Origin: Rhodoferax sp.
Lineage (GTDB): Bacteria > Pseudomonadota > Gammaproteobacteria > Burkholderiales > Burkholderiaceae_C
Assembly (NCBI RefSeq): GCF_034519335.1
Contig: NZ_JAXHOL010000003.1
Location: 27,597 to 91,596, forward strand
Length of the DNA stretch: 64,000 bases
Direction of reading: 5' to 3'
The stretch's first letter is position 1; each line of letters starts with the position of its first letter. The position numbers and the translations under genes are program-made. Under the pieces are notes generated by a model. It was given only the letters and a program-made list of their open reading frames with translations, was not told where the DNA came from and made no database searches. This document shows positions 18,700 through 28,289 of the stretch, one piece after another.

Positions 18700-18762
18700 G
18701 CTACGTTATTGATAGCTGTTCGCGCAATATCCACGAGGGCTAGAGGCCAATTTGGCACTTAA
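18700..18762 (+). repeat. REP-like repeat, copy 5
   Basis: GCTACGTTATTGATAGCTGTTCGCGCAATATCCACGAGGGCTAGAGGCCAATTTGGCACTTAAA between convergent genes. Confidence 0.78.
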
Positions 18763-20342
18763 ACGCCCTGCCCCTGCCGATGCTGGGCGGCCTGCTGCTG
18801 GATGGCGTCGCGCGCTGGCGCATCAAGCCGGGCCAGGTTTTTAAGCTGCATGGCCATGCGGGCGTTGGGCTTGAGCAGGGCTTCGTGGCGGATCAAAAAG
18901 TCCCAATACAGCGTGGTGAACGGGCAGGCTTGCGGGCCGGTGGATTGGGCCGGATCAAAGCGGCAGCCTTGGCAGTGGTTGCTCATGCGCTGGATGTACT
19001 TGCCGCTGGCCACATAGGGCTTGCTGGCCATCAGCCCACCGTCGCCAAACTGGCCCATGCCCAGCGTGTTGGGCAACTCCACCCACTCCACCGCGTCCAC
19101 ATACACGCCCAGGTACCACTGGTGCACCGCCTGCGGGCGCACGCCCAGCAGCAGTGCGTACAGGCCGGTCACCATCAGGCGCTGGATGTGGTGGGCGTAG
19201 CCGTGTTCCAGGGTCTGGCCAATGGCGTCTTCGAGGCAAGCCATGTCGGTCTCGCCCGTCCAGTACCAGGCGGGCAAGTCGGCCTGCGCGTCCAGCGCAT
19301 TGCGTTCCAGGTAGCTGGGCATTTGCGTCCAGTAGATGCCGCGCACGTATTCGCGCCAGCCCAATATTTGGCGGATGAAACCCTCGGCCGCTGCCAGCGG
19401 CGCGTGGCCTGCGCGGTGGGCGTCTTCGGCGGCTTGCACCACTTCGCGCGGGTTCAGCAGCTTGAGGTTGAGCGCGCAACTCAGGTGCGAGTGGTAGAGC
19501 CAGGCCTCGCCTGCCCACATGGCATCTTCATATTTGCCAAACAGTGGCAGACGCTGGGTGATAAAGGCCTGCAGGGCCTGCAGCGCCTGCACGCGCGTGA
19601 CCGGCCAGCCAAAGCTGTGCAGCGTGCCGGGGTGGCTGGCAAAGCGGGTGTTGACCAGCGTGATGACGTCTTGCGTGATGGCGTCGGGCGCAAAACGCGT
19701 GGGTGGCGGCACATTCTGCGGGCCTGCCTTGCCAAAAGATTCGCGGTTGTCGGCGTCAAAGTTCCATTGCCCGCCCACGGGGGCCTTGCCCTCCATCAGG
19801 ATGCCGTGCTTTTGCCGCAGCGCGCGGTACCAATATTCCAGGCGCAGCTGCTTGCGGCCCTGGGCGTGGGCGGCGAACTCGCGCACGGTGCTGAAGAAGT
19901 GCGTGTCATCGCGCAGGTCCAGAGGCAACTGCTGTTGGGTAGCTACAGCGCGCAGGCTGTGCAGCACGCGCCAGTCGCCCGGGGCGGTGAGCACCAGGCC
20001 AGCAGGCTGCAGCGTGGCAATGGCCTGCTGCAGCGCCCCAGCCAAGGTGCCGGGGTTGTTGGCATCGTCCAGCGCGGTGTAGTGCAGCGGCAAGCCGCGC
20101 GCTCGCAGGTCGTGCGCAAAGTGCCGCATGGCGCTCAAAAACACGGCGGTGCGCTGCTTGGCAGACCACACGTGGGTGGACTCCTCGGCCACCTCGGCCA
20201 TCCACACCACGTCTTGCGTGGCATCAAACCCGTCGAATGCGGACGACTCTGCATCGAGCTGGTCGCCCAGCACGATGACGAGGTTGCGCACTTTGGTGGG
20301 CATGGGGGCAAGTGCGGGCATGGGCGTGGTGGAGTTGTTCAT
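18759..20342 (-). CDS. FeS-cluster bacterial cryptochrome/(6-4) photolyase (PhrB/CryB class)
   Basis: LVIVLGDQL, YHSHLS, GYAHHIQRLMV, WVELPN, KPYVASGKYIQRMSNHCQGC..ACPF; four FeS cysteines (MACL, HCQGC, ACPF). Confidence 0.88.
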   Translation of the reverse strand: MNNSTTPMPALAPMPTKVRNLVIVLGDQLDAESSAFDGFDATQDVVWMAEVAEESTHVWSAKQRTAVFLSAMRHFAHDLRARGLPLHYTALDDANNPGTLAGALQQAIATLQPAGLVLTAPGDWRVLHSLRAVATQQQLPLDLRDDTHFFSTVREFAAHAQGRKQLRLEYWYRALRQKHGILMEGKAPVGGQWNFDADNRESFGKAGPQNVPPPTRFAPDAITQDVITLVNTRFASHPGTLHSFGWPVTRVQALQALQAFITQRLPLFGKYEDAMWAGEAWLYHSHLSCALNLKLLNPREVVQAAEDAHRAGHAPLAAAEGFIRQILGWREYVRGIYWTQMPSYLERNALDAQADLPAWYWTGETDMACLEDAIGQTLEHGYAHHIQRLMVTGLYALLLGVRPQAVHQWYLGVYVDAVEWVELPNTLGMGQFGDGGLMASKPYVASGKYIQRMSNHCQGCRFDPAQSTGPQACPFTTLYWDFLIRHEALLKPNARMAMQLKNLARLDAPARDAIQQQAAQHRQGQGV

Positions 20343-20512
20343 TTTTTGGCCCGGCAGGCGTCGGAGCAGTAGCGCACGGCATCCCAGTTTTTGGCCCAGG
20401 CCTTGCGCCAGGTCATGGTGCGGCCGCACACGGCGCAGGGTTTGCTGGGCAACGATTGTTTGTTGCCCTTGAAGTCGTTTTTGGTGGGGTGTGGCATGGG
20501 TGTCTTGCGGGT

Positions 20513-22070
20513 TCAGCCAAACAGGTCGCCCTGGGGCGATGGCGTGTCAACGGCTTTGGCACGGGACTTGGCAGCCGCCTTGCGACGCTGGCCAGAGGGC
20601 GGCAGGCCGCTTTTGCGCGAGCCATGGCGCGCTTGCACATCGCCCGCCTCTGCCCTCGCCGCCTGCGTTTGGCGCAGGCCGTACATGCGGTCTTTGGCGG
20701 CCTTCATGGCCAGCTTGTCATCGACGATAGGCGCCGGGTAATCGGTGCCAATGTGGCAGCCCGCCATGCGCTGAACGCTGGCGTCCATGTTCCAGGGCTG
20801 GGCCAGATACGGCAGCGGCACGCGGGCCAGCTCGGGCACCCAGCGGCGAATGAACAGGCCCTCGGGGTCTTGGTCTTGCGCCTGTTTGGTGGGCGAGTAC
20901 ATGCGCAGCGTGTTGATGCCGGTGGTGCCGCTTTGCATCTGCATCTGGCTCCAGTGGATGCCGGGCTCGAAGTCGAGAAACTGCCGGGCCAAAAACAGGC
21001 CCGGCTCGCGCCAGTGCAGCCACAGGTGGTAGCTGGCAAAGCTCACCAGCATGGCGCGCATGCGAAAGTTCAGCCAGCCGGTGGCCCGCAGGGAGCGCAT
21101 GCAGGCGTCCACCATGGGGTAGCCGGTGCGGCCTTCGCACCAGGCGGCAAAGTGCGCGTGGTTGAAATCGTCCTCGCGCAGGCCATCGCACACGCGGGCA
21201 AAGTTCTGGAACTCAATGTCCGGGCTCGTCTTCCAGCTTTTGCATGAAATGGCAGTGCCAGCGCAGGCGCCCGGCAAAGCCACGCAGCGCGTGCGCGAGT
21301 GTGCGGTCGGGGGTGTTGGCAATGGTGACTTCGGTAGCTTGGTGCACCGTGCGCAAGGACACGGTGCCAAAGGCCAGGTGCGGGCTCAGGCGGCTGCAGC
21401 CGTCTTGCGCGCTGAGCGGGCTGGAGAGTGCCTTGCGGTAGTCGTAGCCGCGCTCGGCCAGAAAGGTTTGCAGGGTGCGCCGCGCAGCCTTTTCACCAGC
21501 GCGCTGCAGCTGCCGGCCGTGGGGGGAGAAGCCCAGTTCTGCCAGGCTGGGCAGCGCGGGTTGGTCCAGCGGTGCCGCGGCCACAAACCCGCCCTCCAGC
21601 AGCTGCAAGGGCGCATCCATACGCGCCTGCCAGCGCCCTGCCCAGCCGCTGCGGCTGCGCAGGCGGCGCACCACGCCGGTCTGGGTAAATTCTTGCCACA
21701 CCACTTGCTGCGCTTGGCACCACTGGCCCACCTGCACATCGCGCACATAGCTCCAGCCCGGGCCGGTTTCCTCGTGGCTGAGCAGCTGGCCAAAGCCCAG
21801 CTCGGCGTGCAGCTGCGCCAGCACCGGCACGGCCGAGCCCACGCGCACCAGCAGCGGCATGCCGCGCGCCGCCAGCGCCTCGCGCAACTCCTGCAGGCTG
21901 CGCAGCACAAAGTCCACATGCTGCGCATCGCACTCGGGGCTGTGCAGCCACTCGGGCTCGATGATGAAGAGGCCCGCAGCGTCCGCACTGCGCTGCGCTG
22001 CCACCAGCGGCGCGTGGTCGTGCACGCGCAGGTCGCGCTTGAACCAGACCAGGGTGCGCAGGGCCGGCAT
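20513..22070 (-). CDS. Cryptochrome/DNA photolyase family protein; apparent +1 frameshift near 21222
   Basis: WFKRDLRVHDH, CSRLSPHLAFG, LRWHCHF in ORF 21213-22070; GRTGYPMVDACMR, WLNFRMRAM, FLDFEPGIHWSQ in ORF 20513-21370; joined by removing one base from GAGCCCGGAC. Confidence 0.85.
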
Positions 22071-22088
22071 GCAATCCGTCCGGGTGGT

Positions 22089-22698
22089 CTAGCGCCGGGG
22101 CTCCGCGGCCTGGGAGAGCAAGGCGGCGCGCAGCTCGGGGCGTTTGGTTTTGGGGTCGAGCCAGATTTTGAAGAAGGCCTCGCTAAACGCCGGTATCGGC
22201 GGTCTCACCCAGCAGCTTGCCATTGAAGAAGAAGCGCGCGCCCTCGCCCGGCAGGTGCACGCCCACCAGTTGGTCGCCCGACTTCACATCCACAAACAGC
22301 GCTTCCATCCATTTGGACCAAGCCACGATCTGCTCGGGCGACGAGGTGCTGATGCGCTGCAGCTCAATCAGCGAGGTGTTGGCAATGTCACGGCCCTTGA
22401 TGGCGGTGGCGTAGCGAATATCCAGCGCAAACGGGCGCGCAAAGCTGAACGCCGCATCGGCGCCCGGCAGCCAGAGCGTGGCGTCATACGCGTTGAAGCC
22501 AAAGAACCGCAAGACGCCACTGCCTTTGGCCTGCCAGTTGGAGCCGTAGGGCGCCAGCTCGGCGGGGGCGGCCGCCGTGGCGGGCGCTGGGGCGGTGGGC
22601 GCGGCAGTTTGGGCCAAGGCAGCCTGGCCACACAGCAGCGCAAGCGTCGCGCACCAAGATAGCAGCAAGCGGGAGGGAGATAGACGCGAGAGATGCAT
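22089..22698 (-). CDS. Chalcone isomerase-like exported protein; apparent +1 frameshift near 22191
   Basis: GSGVLRFFGFNAYDATLW, FALDIRY, VKSGDQLVG; corrected C-terminus FSEAFFKIWLDPKTKRPELRAALL. Confidence 0.75.
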
Positions 22699-22783
22699 GG
22701 CGGGGGTGGGCTGGGCCCGGTGTGAAAACCAAAAAGCCCAGGAGTGCAAAGCAGTCCTGGGCGGCGGGCAAAACGTCTGGCGT

Positions 22784-23239
22784 TTACTTGGGCATCACGA
22801 CGCTGTCGATCACGTGGATCACGCCGTTGTCGGCCACGATGTCGGTCTTGACCACCTTGGCGTTGTCCACCATCACACCACCGGTGGTGGAGACGGTCAG
22901 CTCAGAACCCTGCACGGTCTTGACCTTACCGGCACGCACGTCAGCGGCCATCACTTTGCCGGGGACCACGTGGTAGGTCAGGATGGCGGTCAGCTTGGCT
23001 TTGTCTTTGAGCAAGGCGTCGAGGTCAGCCTTGGGGATCTTGGCAAAGGCTTCATCAGTCGGCGCAAACACGGTGAATGGGCCCTTGCCCTTGAGGGTGT
23101 CCACCAGGCCAGCAGCGCCCAGGGCTGCGGCCAATGTCTTGAAGCTGCCAGCACCCACAGCGGTATCCACAATGTCTTTGGCCTGTGCAGAGAAGGCTAC
23201 GCCCAGGGACAGAACAGATGCAATCAGAAACTTTTTCAT
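22784..23239 (-). CDS. Fasciclin (FAS1) domain secreted protein
   Basis: Signal peptide; [38 protein letters not shown]. Confidence 0.92.
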   Translation of the reverse strand: MKKFLIASVLSLGVAFSAQAKDIVDTAVGAGSFKTLAAALGAAGLVDTLKGKGPFTVFAPTDEAFAKIPKADLDALLKDKAKLTAILTYHVVPGKVMAADVRAGKVKTVQGSELTVSTTGGVMVDNAKVVKTDIVADNGVIHVIDSVVMPK

Positions 23240-23329
23240 CGATATCTCCATGATGGTTAGATCAATCAACCTCGCCAAAAATGTGGCGCAAGCGGAATAT
23301 ACAAACCGAAAAGTATCCATATGAACTAT

Positions 23330-25480
23330 ACGGTATTTATTTGTTTTGGGGCCTCACCATTTGCGACACTACACCCAAAGATGGGGGTAAAAGCTTTGCG
23401 ACACTAGACCCCGGCTGCTGCTTTGGATTTGTTGCGCCTGTGGATATACGGTGTGCTGTTGGCCTACTGCCTTGGCAAAAAGGGCTGCGTGAGGCTTGGT
23501 GAGGGTGCATTGGGCTGGAGGATGGGCTTGTACGGGGAGTTTGGGGGGGGTGGCTTTGCGCTGGGGCGATTTGCTTCGCCCTGGATCTGCAGCACCTTTA
23601 CCACCACGGCGCCCTGGATTGCACTGGCAAGTGCCGGCGTGGAGCGTTACAGCCTGCGCGTGTTGCTCACCTACCGATTTGTCAAAGGTTCTTTCTCTTT
23701 GGTCGGCTTGGGTGCCGGTGCCTCGCTACTCTCGTGGCGGAAGTTTTTGCTAATTGACGGCGAGGCGCTGTGTGGATGGAAGATCGTGGTTGGTGGAGCT
23801 TTGGAATGCTGGGTGCAGCGCTTGACCCCAAGTGGGCCGCCTATGTTGGCCTAACGTTGCTGGCTATTTCTATTGCCTCGCTGGCGATATTTGGGAAAGC
23901 GTTGAAAAAGCGCTGTTGCCGAAAAATACGGGACGCCGCCAAGCGGGGGGAGCGGTTGCGCGGCAATACTTAGTGACCCACACGTCGTAAATGATTTGCA
24001 GCATTGGACGTTTTGGCTGCGCACGGTGCGTGGACGCGCGCCTGAACCAACTCGCCAAACGTGGCCACCAAAATCTTGCCTTGGTCAGCGAATATTGAAA
24101 CGCGTTGGTGCGGCTTTCGCAAGCTGTTACTTCAACCTGACTTCTTGCCAAAAGTTGCCAGATCTTTGCCATCTGCACTGAAGTCACTGGCGTAGTACTT
24201 CATTAGCTCACCCACGCTTCCTGAGCTTTGGCCGCGCCATGCAAGACTTTCCGTTGAGGTTCCGCTGCCCGTTTGCCGCCAATTGAGCTGCAATAGGAGG
24301 GGTAGTCGAATTTCCAAGTGCGAATAATGCGATCCAAGTAGGATTGGCCCGCAGCTCGTGCTGGGTTTGGTGTGGTGGGGTTCCTGTCGTGCCGCGTTGC
24401 GGTCGAATTGGGGTGCTCGGGCGTGCCGTCATGGTCGGGCTTGGGGTCAGGGTGGTAATGATACCCCCCGGCGTGCGCTTCCCATTTGCCGTTCCGGAGA
24501 TGTAGTGTGCCCGTCGGGTTTTGCTCCCGTGTTCTCAAAAAGATAAGGAGCTGGCGGTGTCGGCGATGGATGTTTGTTTCTTCTGGAAAGGCCAAAAATG
24601 GGTGGTCAGTAATGGAGGACGCTTGTGCCGCGTGCGCATGCGCCGCGGTTAAGTTGTTTTGCGGCCCGCTCCAGTTGTGGGGACTCGCCGCCGTCGAATG
24701 GAGCGAAAGGCGGAAAAGGTTGTGGCTGAAAATTTGGGTCGCGGCGTTTGTTTGCGCGCTTGCGGGTGTCGTGCCCTAGGGTATTTCTGGCGTGTTGGCG
24801 TGTTGGTTGGTTATTGGGTTTGGAGTGATTGGAAATGCGGTGAATGGTGAGGCAGAATGTGCTTGAAAGAAGTAGGGTGGGTTCTTCGTTGTTTGCTTCT
24901 GTGTCCTTCGCTTGTTTTGGGTCTTTGATTTCTCGTCGCGGCCTCCTTCTTGCTCTTGCCCTCTTCCGCCCAGCGCTGTGTTGCTAGGACCAATTGGCGG
25001 GTGGCCATTCACAAAAAAGGTTGGTGTCTTCGTCACTTCCAACGCTGTCAAGTCCTGAACATCTTGGGACAACACGCTTAATTCGCCCGCTTGCTGCAGG
25101 GCTTTGGATATTTACCCCGCCTGGCTTGGTCGCCATTCAGTTGGGCTTTGCGTGGTCCGCCCCTCGGTTGGGCCGCCAGGTCTTTCCAGCCGGGGTTTTG
25201 TCCTGTTTTGGCTGCTTCGGCGCTTTCCCTTGGTCAGCCTTGATGGGGCGCATACCGTCAGGGATTCGTTGGGGTGTTTCGCATAAGTTTGACAGTGGAT
25301 AAAAGGCTGTGTCTCGCACGCAGGATCAAAAAGGATGGGGGGCGCATTGACGGGCCCCCGGGTTGGGACGACCTTGTTGGCGCTTGTGCCTTTCCATTTG
25401 AGAATTTTGGACACGCTGTTGGTACACGTACATACCAAGCGCAAAGGCTGGATAGAAAGGGATGTTGTTTTTGGATTTCA
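23330..25480. other. Garbled low-quality sequence; contains remnants of at least two genes on - and one membrane-protein gene on +
   Basis: No clean ORF; recognisable motifs hop frames every few dozen codons. Confidence 0.7.
23970..24890 (-). pseudogene. Remnant of L,D-transpeptidase (Cds6-like C-terminal domain)
   Basis: Fragments LAWR...LMKYYASDFSADGKDLA and DQGKILVATFGELVQ match my recollection of the C-terminal domain of betaproteobacterial L,D-transpeptidases; boundaries approximate. Confidence 0.45.
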
Positions 25481-25481
25481 T
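24900..25481 (-). pseudogene. DsbA-family thioredoxin, frame-broken (likely sequence error)
   Basis: MKSKN..FALGMYVYQQRVQ; FDPACET; QDVQDLTALEVTKTPTFFVNG; ATG overlaps dsbB stop (ATGA). Confidence 0.7.
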
Positions 25482-25894
25482 TTGGGGACTTTTTTGAGAT
25501 AAGTAATGATCAAAACGGTGATGAGAAAAAAAGCGGCCAAGGACAGCCACGGGATCTGCAAACCGTTGAGGATTTCCAGCTTTTGATTCGCGCACGAGAC
25601 ACCTGTTCCACAGGGGGTCCATGTTTTCGGAATCCAAGAAGCGACAAGCAGCGTGTGGTAGCCAGAAATCAATGTCCCTGACACCGCCAAAGGCAAGGCA
25701 TAGACGGCACCTCGACGGTCATGGCTATAACTGGCTATACCCAGAATGAGCGCCAAAGGAAACATCGCTATGCGCTGGTACCAGCACAAGGTGCAGGGCG
25801 TCATCAACATCACTTCGCCAATGAATAGGGCGCCTGCTGTAGACAACAAGGCGAGCAACCAGGCAGTCAGAAGTAGTAGCCAGGTGGACTTCAT
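25478..25894 (-). CDS. dsbB: Disulfide bond formation protein B (DsbB/BdbC)
   Basis: PCTLCWYQRIAMFPL, second Cys pair PC...SC; ATG overlaps lspA stop. Confidence 0.88.
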   Translation of the reverse strand: MKSTWLLLLTAWLLALLSTAGALFIGEVMLMTPCTLCWYQRIAMFPLALILGIASYSHDRRGAVYALPLAVSGTLISGYHTLLVASWIPKTWTPCGTGVSCANQKLEILNGLQIPWLSLAAFFLITVLIITYLKKVPK

Positions 25895-26409
25895 AAGCCT
25901 CCCTTGCGGAGGCCGGCAGATTGGCGTTTTGAAATGGAAAAGGAGAGCCCAACCCAGACAAGCATGGCGCAAACCACGAACACATCCGCCAAATTGAACG
26001 CTGGCCAGTGAAGCGCCTTCCAGTGCAAATCAAGAAAATCTATGACCGCGCCGGTCTGGACCCGATCAATCAAGTTGCCACTGCCTCCGGCAACAACACC
26101 CGCGCCGATCCAGCGCTCCGCGGGATCGATTTTGCGAAGCAGGCACAGTACTGTTATAGGCAGTACCACCAGGACACTGATAGAAATAAAAAACCAACGT
26201 TGCCAACCACCCGCATCGGCAAGTATGGAAAACGCCGCTCCTGTATTCAGGACGTGTACGAAGTTAAACCAAGAAGTAACTTCAATCAAACCTCCCAATG
26301 GAATGATGGAAGCGAAAAAAACTTTGGTGATTTGATCCAGCGAGACCAAAGCCAACACCACAACGATCCAGACCCAACGCGGATATACGCGCCAAAACGC
26401 TTGCGCCAC
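25891..26409 (-). CDS. lspA: Lipoprotein signal peptidase II
   Basis: LDQITK, NTGAAFS, GNLIDR, VIDFLD, WPAFNLAD; GTG at 26409 is 6 nt after GGAGGAG. Confidence 0.92.
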   Translation of the reverse strand: MAQAFWRVYPRWVWIVVVLALVSLDQITKVFFASIIPLGGLIEVTSWFNFVHVLNTGAAFSILADAGGWQRWFFISISVLVVLPITVLCLLRKIDPAERWIGAGVVAGGSGNLIDRVQTGAVIDFLDLHWKALHWPAFNLADVFVVCAMLVWVGLSFSISKRQSAGLRKGGL

Positions 26410-26439
26410 AAACAACTCCTCCAACAGGCTCAGTCAAAA

Positions 26440-26546
26440 CCGGCAGATTTGCCGGAACAAGAATCCAGGAGAAGAATGGTTACGGTGGACAGACCGGCAA
26501 TGCACCGGTCAATCCCTTAACTGAAACGCCCCTGGTTAAACCAGGG
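26440..26546 (-). promoter_or_regulatory. Three hairpins between czcI stop and lspA RBS
   Basis: CCCTGGT-3nt-ACCAGGG (26530-26546, stop codon at the loop), GACCGG-7nt-CCGGTC (26492-26510), CCGGCA-4nt-TGCCGG (26440-26455). Confidence 0.55.
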
Positions 26547-26889
26547 AAACCCATTGCGGGCGTTCGGGTAAGTCTTGGTAGTGAGCCAGATACATAGCGG
26601 CATTGGCATGTATCCGCACAGGCCCTGTAGTCAGCCGTAGCGTTTTCGACGAACTTTGAAATGCTACGGAACAGTTCGCGTGGCAAACGCCGCATTCGTT
26701 TTCAACAGAGACGCCATCTACCCCAGCAGAGCCATCGTTGTCCGTGGTCACAGTCGCGTGCTTGTGTGCATGGTGACCTATGTGTTGGACTGAAGGCATG
26801 CTTTCATGCTGGCAATAGGTACTCACAGCAGCCCAGGTTAACTGCAATGGCAAGAGCACCAAGAGAAAGACGAGAAGCCAGCGTCGCAT
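26536..26889 (-). CDS. czcI: CzcI-like protein
   Basis: Signal peptide MRRWLLVFLLVLLPLQLTWA, YCQHE..HIGHHAHKH, CGVCH, C-terminal PERPQW; same layout as Cupriavidus CzcI. Confidence 0.8.
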   Translation of the reverse strand: MRRWLLVFLLVLLPLQLTWAAVSTYCQHESMPSVQHIGHHAHKHATVTTDNDGSAGVDGVSVENECGVCHANCSVAFQSSSKTLRLTTGPVRIHANAAMYLAHYQDLPERPQWVSLV

Positions 26890-26906
26890 GCTATGAAGTT
26901 TAGCAG

Positions 26907-27695
26907 CTACAACCTTGCACCCAGGTACTGGCCGGCCTTTCCGGGCTGGAGCATATGGCGCTTTGCGGGGCGCACGCGCCCAGTGCGGATGTTGTCCACA
27001 TTGCGGTTCATCCAATGGCGAATAAAGCGGGTGTAGAGCCACTGCTTGAGGCCCGACAGGTTGACTCCATGCAGCTGATAAAAAGCATCTGGCGTGTCAA
27101 AAACGCCAAAGTCTTGGTTGATTCCCTCTTTCTGGATGAAGGTGTCCTGCCCGGCCCAATCGACCCCAGGCGCCTGCAGGTTGGGAGTAGCCACGCCAAA
27201 GCCGCAGAAGCTACCTTGTACATCTGCAAATCCGGTCTGCAATGCGTTGAGGTAGGGCATATCGAGAATGAAGCCTTCCAGCCGCAACCAGCGGTCTTCC
27301 AACAGAACCTCCACCCAGCTGTGCAGGATGGACGGTGGTGCCAGCTGGTAGGCCAGCCCAGTGATGGCGCCGCGCTGCAACACCTTGTCGATAGTGAAGC
27401 CATGAAAGCGACAAGGAATGTCCAACGCCCGAAGCAAGGCCATGAGCAGCGTGCCCTTGGTGTTGCACTGGCCCAAGCCATCGGCCAGTACCTGTGAAGC
27501 GGGCAGATCGTCACTGTCGTTGTAACCAAAGACCAGTTCGTCACGCACAAAGTCATAGGCCGCGCCAATGCGTGCATAGGGCTCCAGCGCACGCCAGCCG
27601 CGTGCCTGGACCAGGCGCTGAATCTCGGGATGGTGGATGTCCAGAATCGGGCTGGCGCTGGTCCATTGGGGTGCGGTAGCGCTGAAATATGTCAT
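26907..27695 (-). CDS. Transglutaminase-like family protein
   Basis: GLGQCNTKGTLLMALLRAL (Cys), LHSWVEV (His), WLRLEGFILD. Confidence 0.85.
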   Translation of the reverse strand: MTYFSATAPQWTSASPILDIHHPEIQRLVQARGWRALEPYARIGAAYDFVRDELVFGYNDSDDLPASQVLADGLGQCNTKGTLLMALLRALDIPCRFHGFTIDKVLQRGAITGLAYQLAPPSILHSWVEVLLEDRWLRLEGFILDMPYLNALQTGFADVQGSFCGFGVATPNLQAPGVDWAGQDTFIQKEGINQDFGVFDTPDAFYQLHGVNLSGLKQWLYTRFIRHWMNRNVDNIRTGRVRPAKRHMLQPGKAGQYLGARL

Positions 27696-27728
27696 AGGTA
27701 TTGGTTATTGAAATATGGCAAAACCACT

Positions 27729-27759
27729 ATTAAAAAGCCTGTACCAACTACAGAGTCAA
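27729..27759 (-). promoter_or_regulatory. CadR/PbrR-type promoter-operator driving the transglutaminase gene
   Basis: On - strand TTGACT (27759-27754), 19 bp spacer with dyad CTGTA-N5-TACAG, TTTAAT (27734-27729). Confidence 0.85.
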
Positions 27760-27809
27760 GCCGTACAATTCGCTATCTGCGCTCATAGGGCGCACCCGGG
27801 AGAATGTGC

Positions 27810-28289
27810 ATGAAAATTGGTGAACTGGCCAAGGCCACTGGCACCCAGGTGGAGACGGTGCGCTACTACGAGCGCGAGGGCCTGCTGCCCACGCCCCTGC
27901 GCACCGAAGGCAACTACCGCATCTACGGCGCCAACCACATGGAGCGCCTGTCCTTCATCCGCCACTGCCGCTCGCTGGACATGACGCTGGACGAAATCCG
28001 CACCCTGCTGGGTTTCAAAGATGCACCAAAAGACAACTGTGAACAAGTCAACGCACTGCTGGACGAGCACATTGGCCACGTGGCCCAGCGCATCAAGGAT
28101 CTGCGGGCGCTGGAGCGGCAACTCAAAGCCCTGCGCGAGCAGTGCCTGGTAACGCAGGAAGCCGCGCACTGCGGCATCTTGAATGAGCTGTCAGTCGCAG
28201 CCCGCACCCAAGCGGTACCGAGGGCAGCACATGGCCATGTGCATGGCGCGCACACCCGCGGCGCGCAAGCCAAGGTCAAGAAGCAATAG
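27810..28289 (+). CDS. cadR: Cd(II)/Pb(II)-responsive MerR-family regulator
   Basis: MKIGELAKATGTQVETVRYYEREGLLP, RHCRSLDMTLDEIR, three Cys (NCEQ, QCL, HCGIL), His-rich tail HGHVHGAH. Confidence 0.88.
   Translation: MKIGELAKATGTQVETVRYYEREGLLPTPLRTEGNYRIYGANHMERLSFIRHCRSLDMTLDEIRTLLGFKDAPKDNCEQVNALLDEHIGHVAQRIKDLRALERQLKALREQCLVTQEAAHCGILNELSVAARTQAVPRAAHGHVHGAHTRGAQAKVKKQ

Noticed and set aside
23240-23340. LitR/CarH or RpoE-ChrR site upstream of fasciclin
   Set aside because: Only a half-site (TATACA) with no convincing partner, and it borders garbled sequence.
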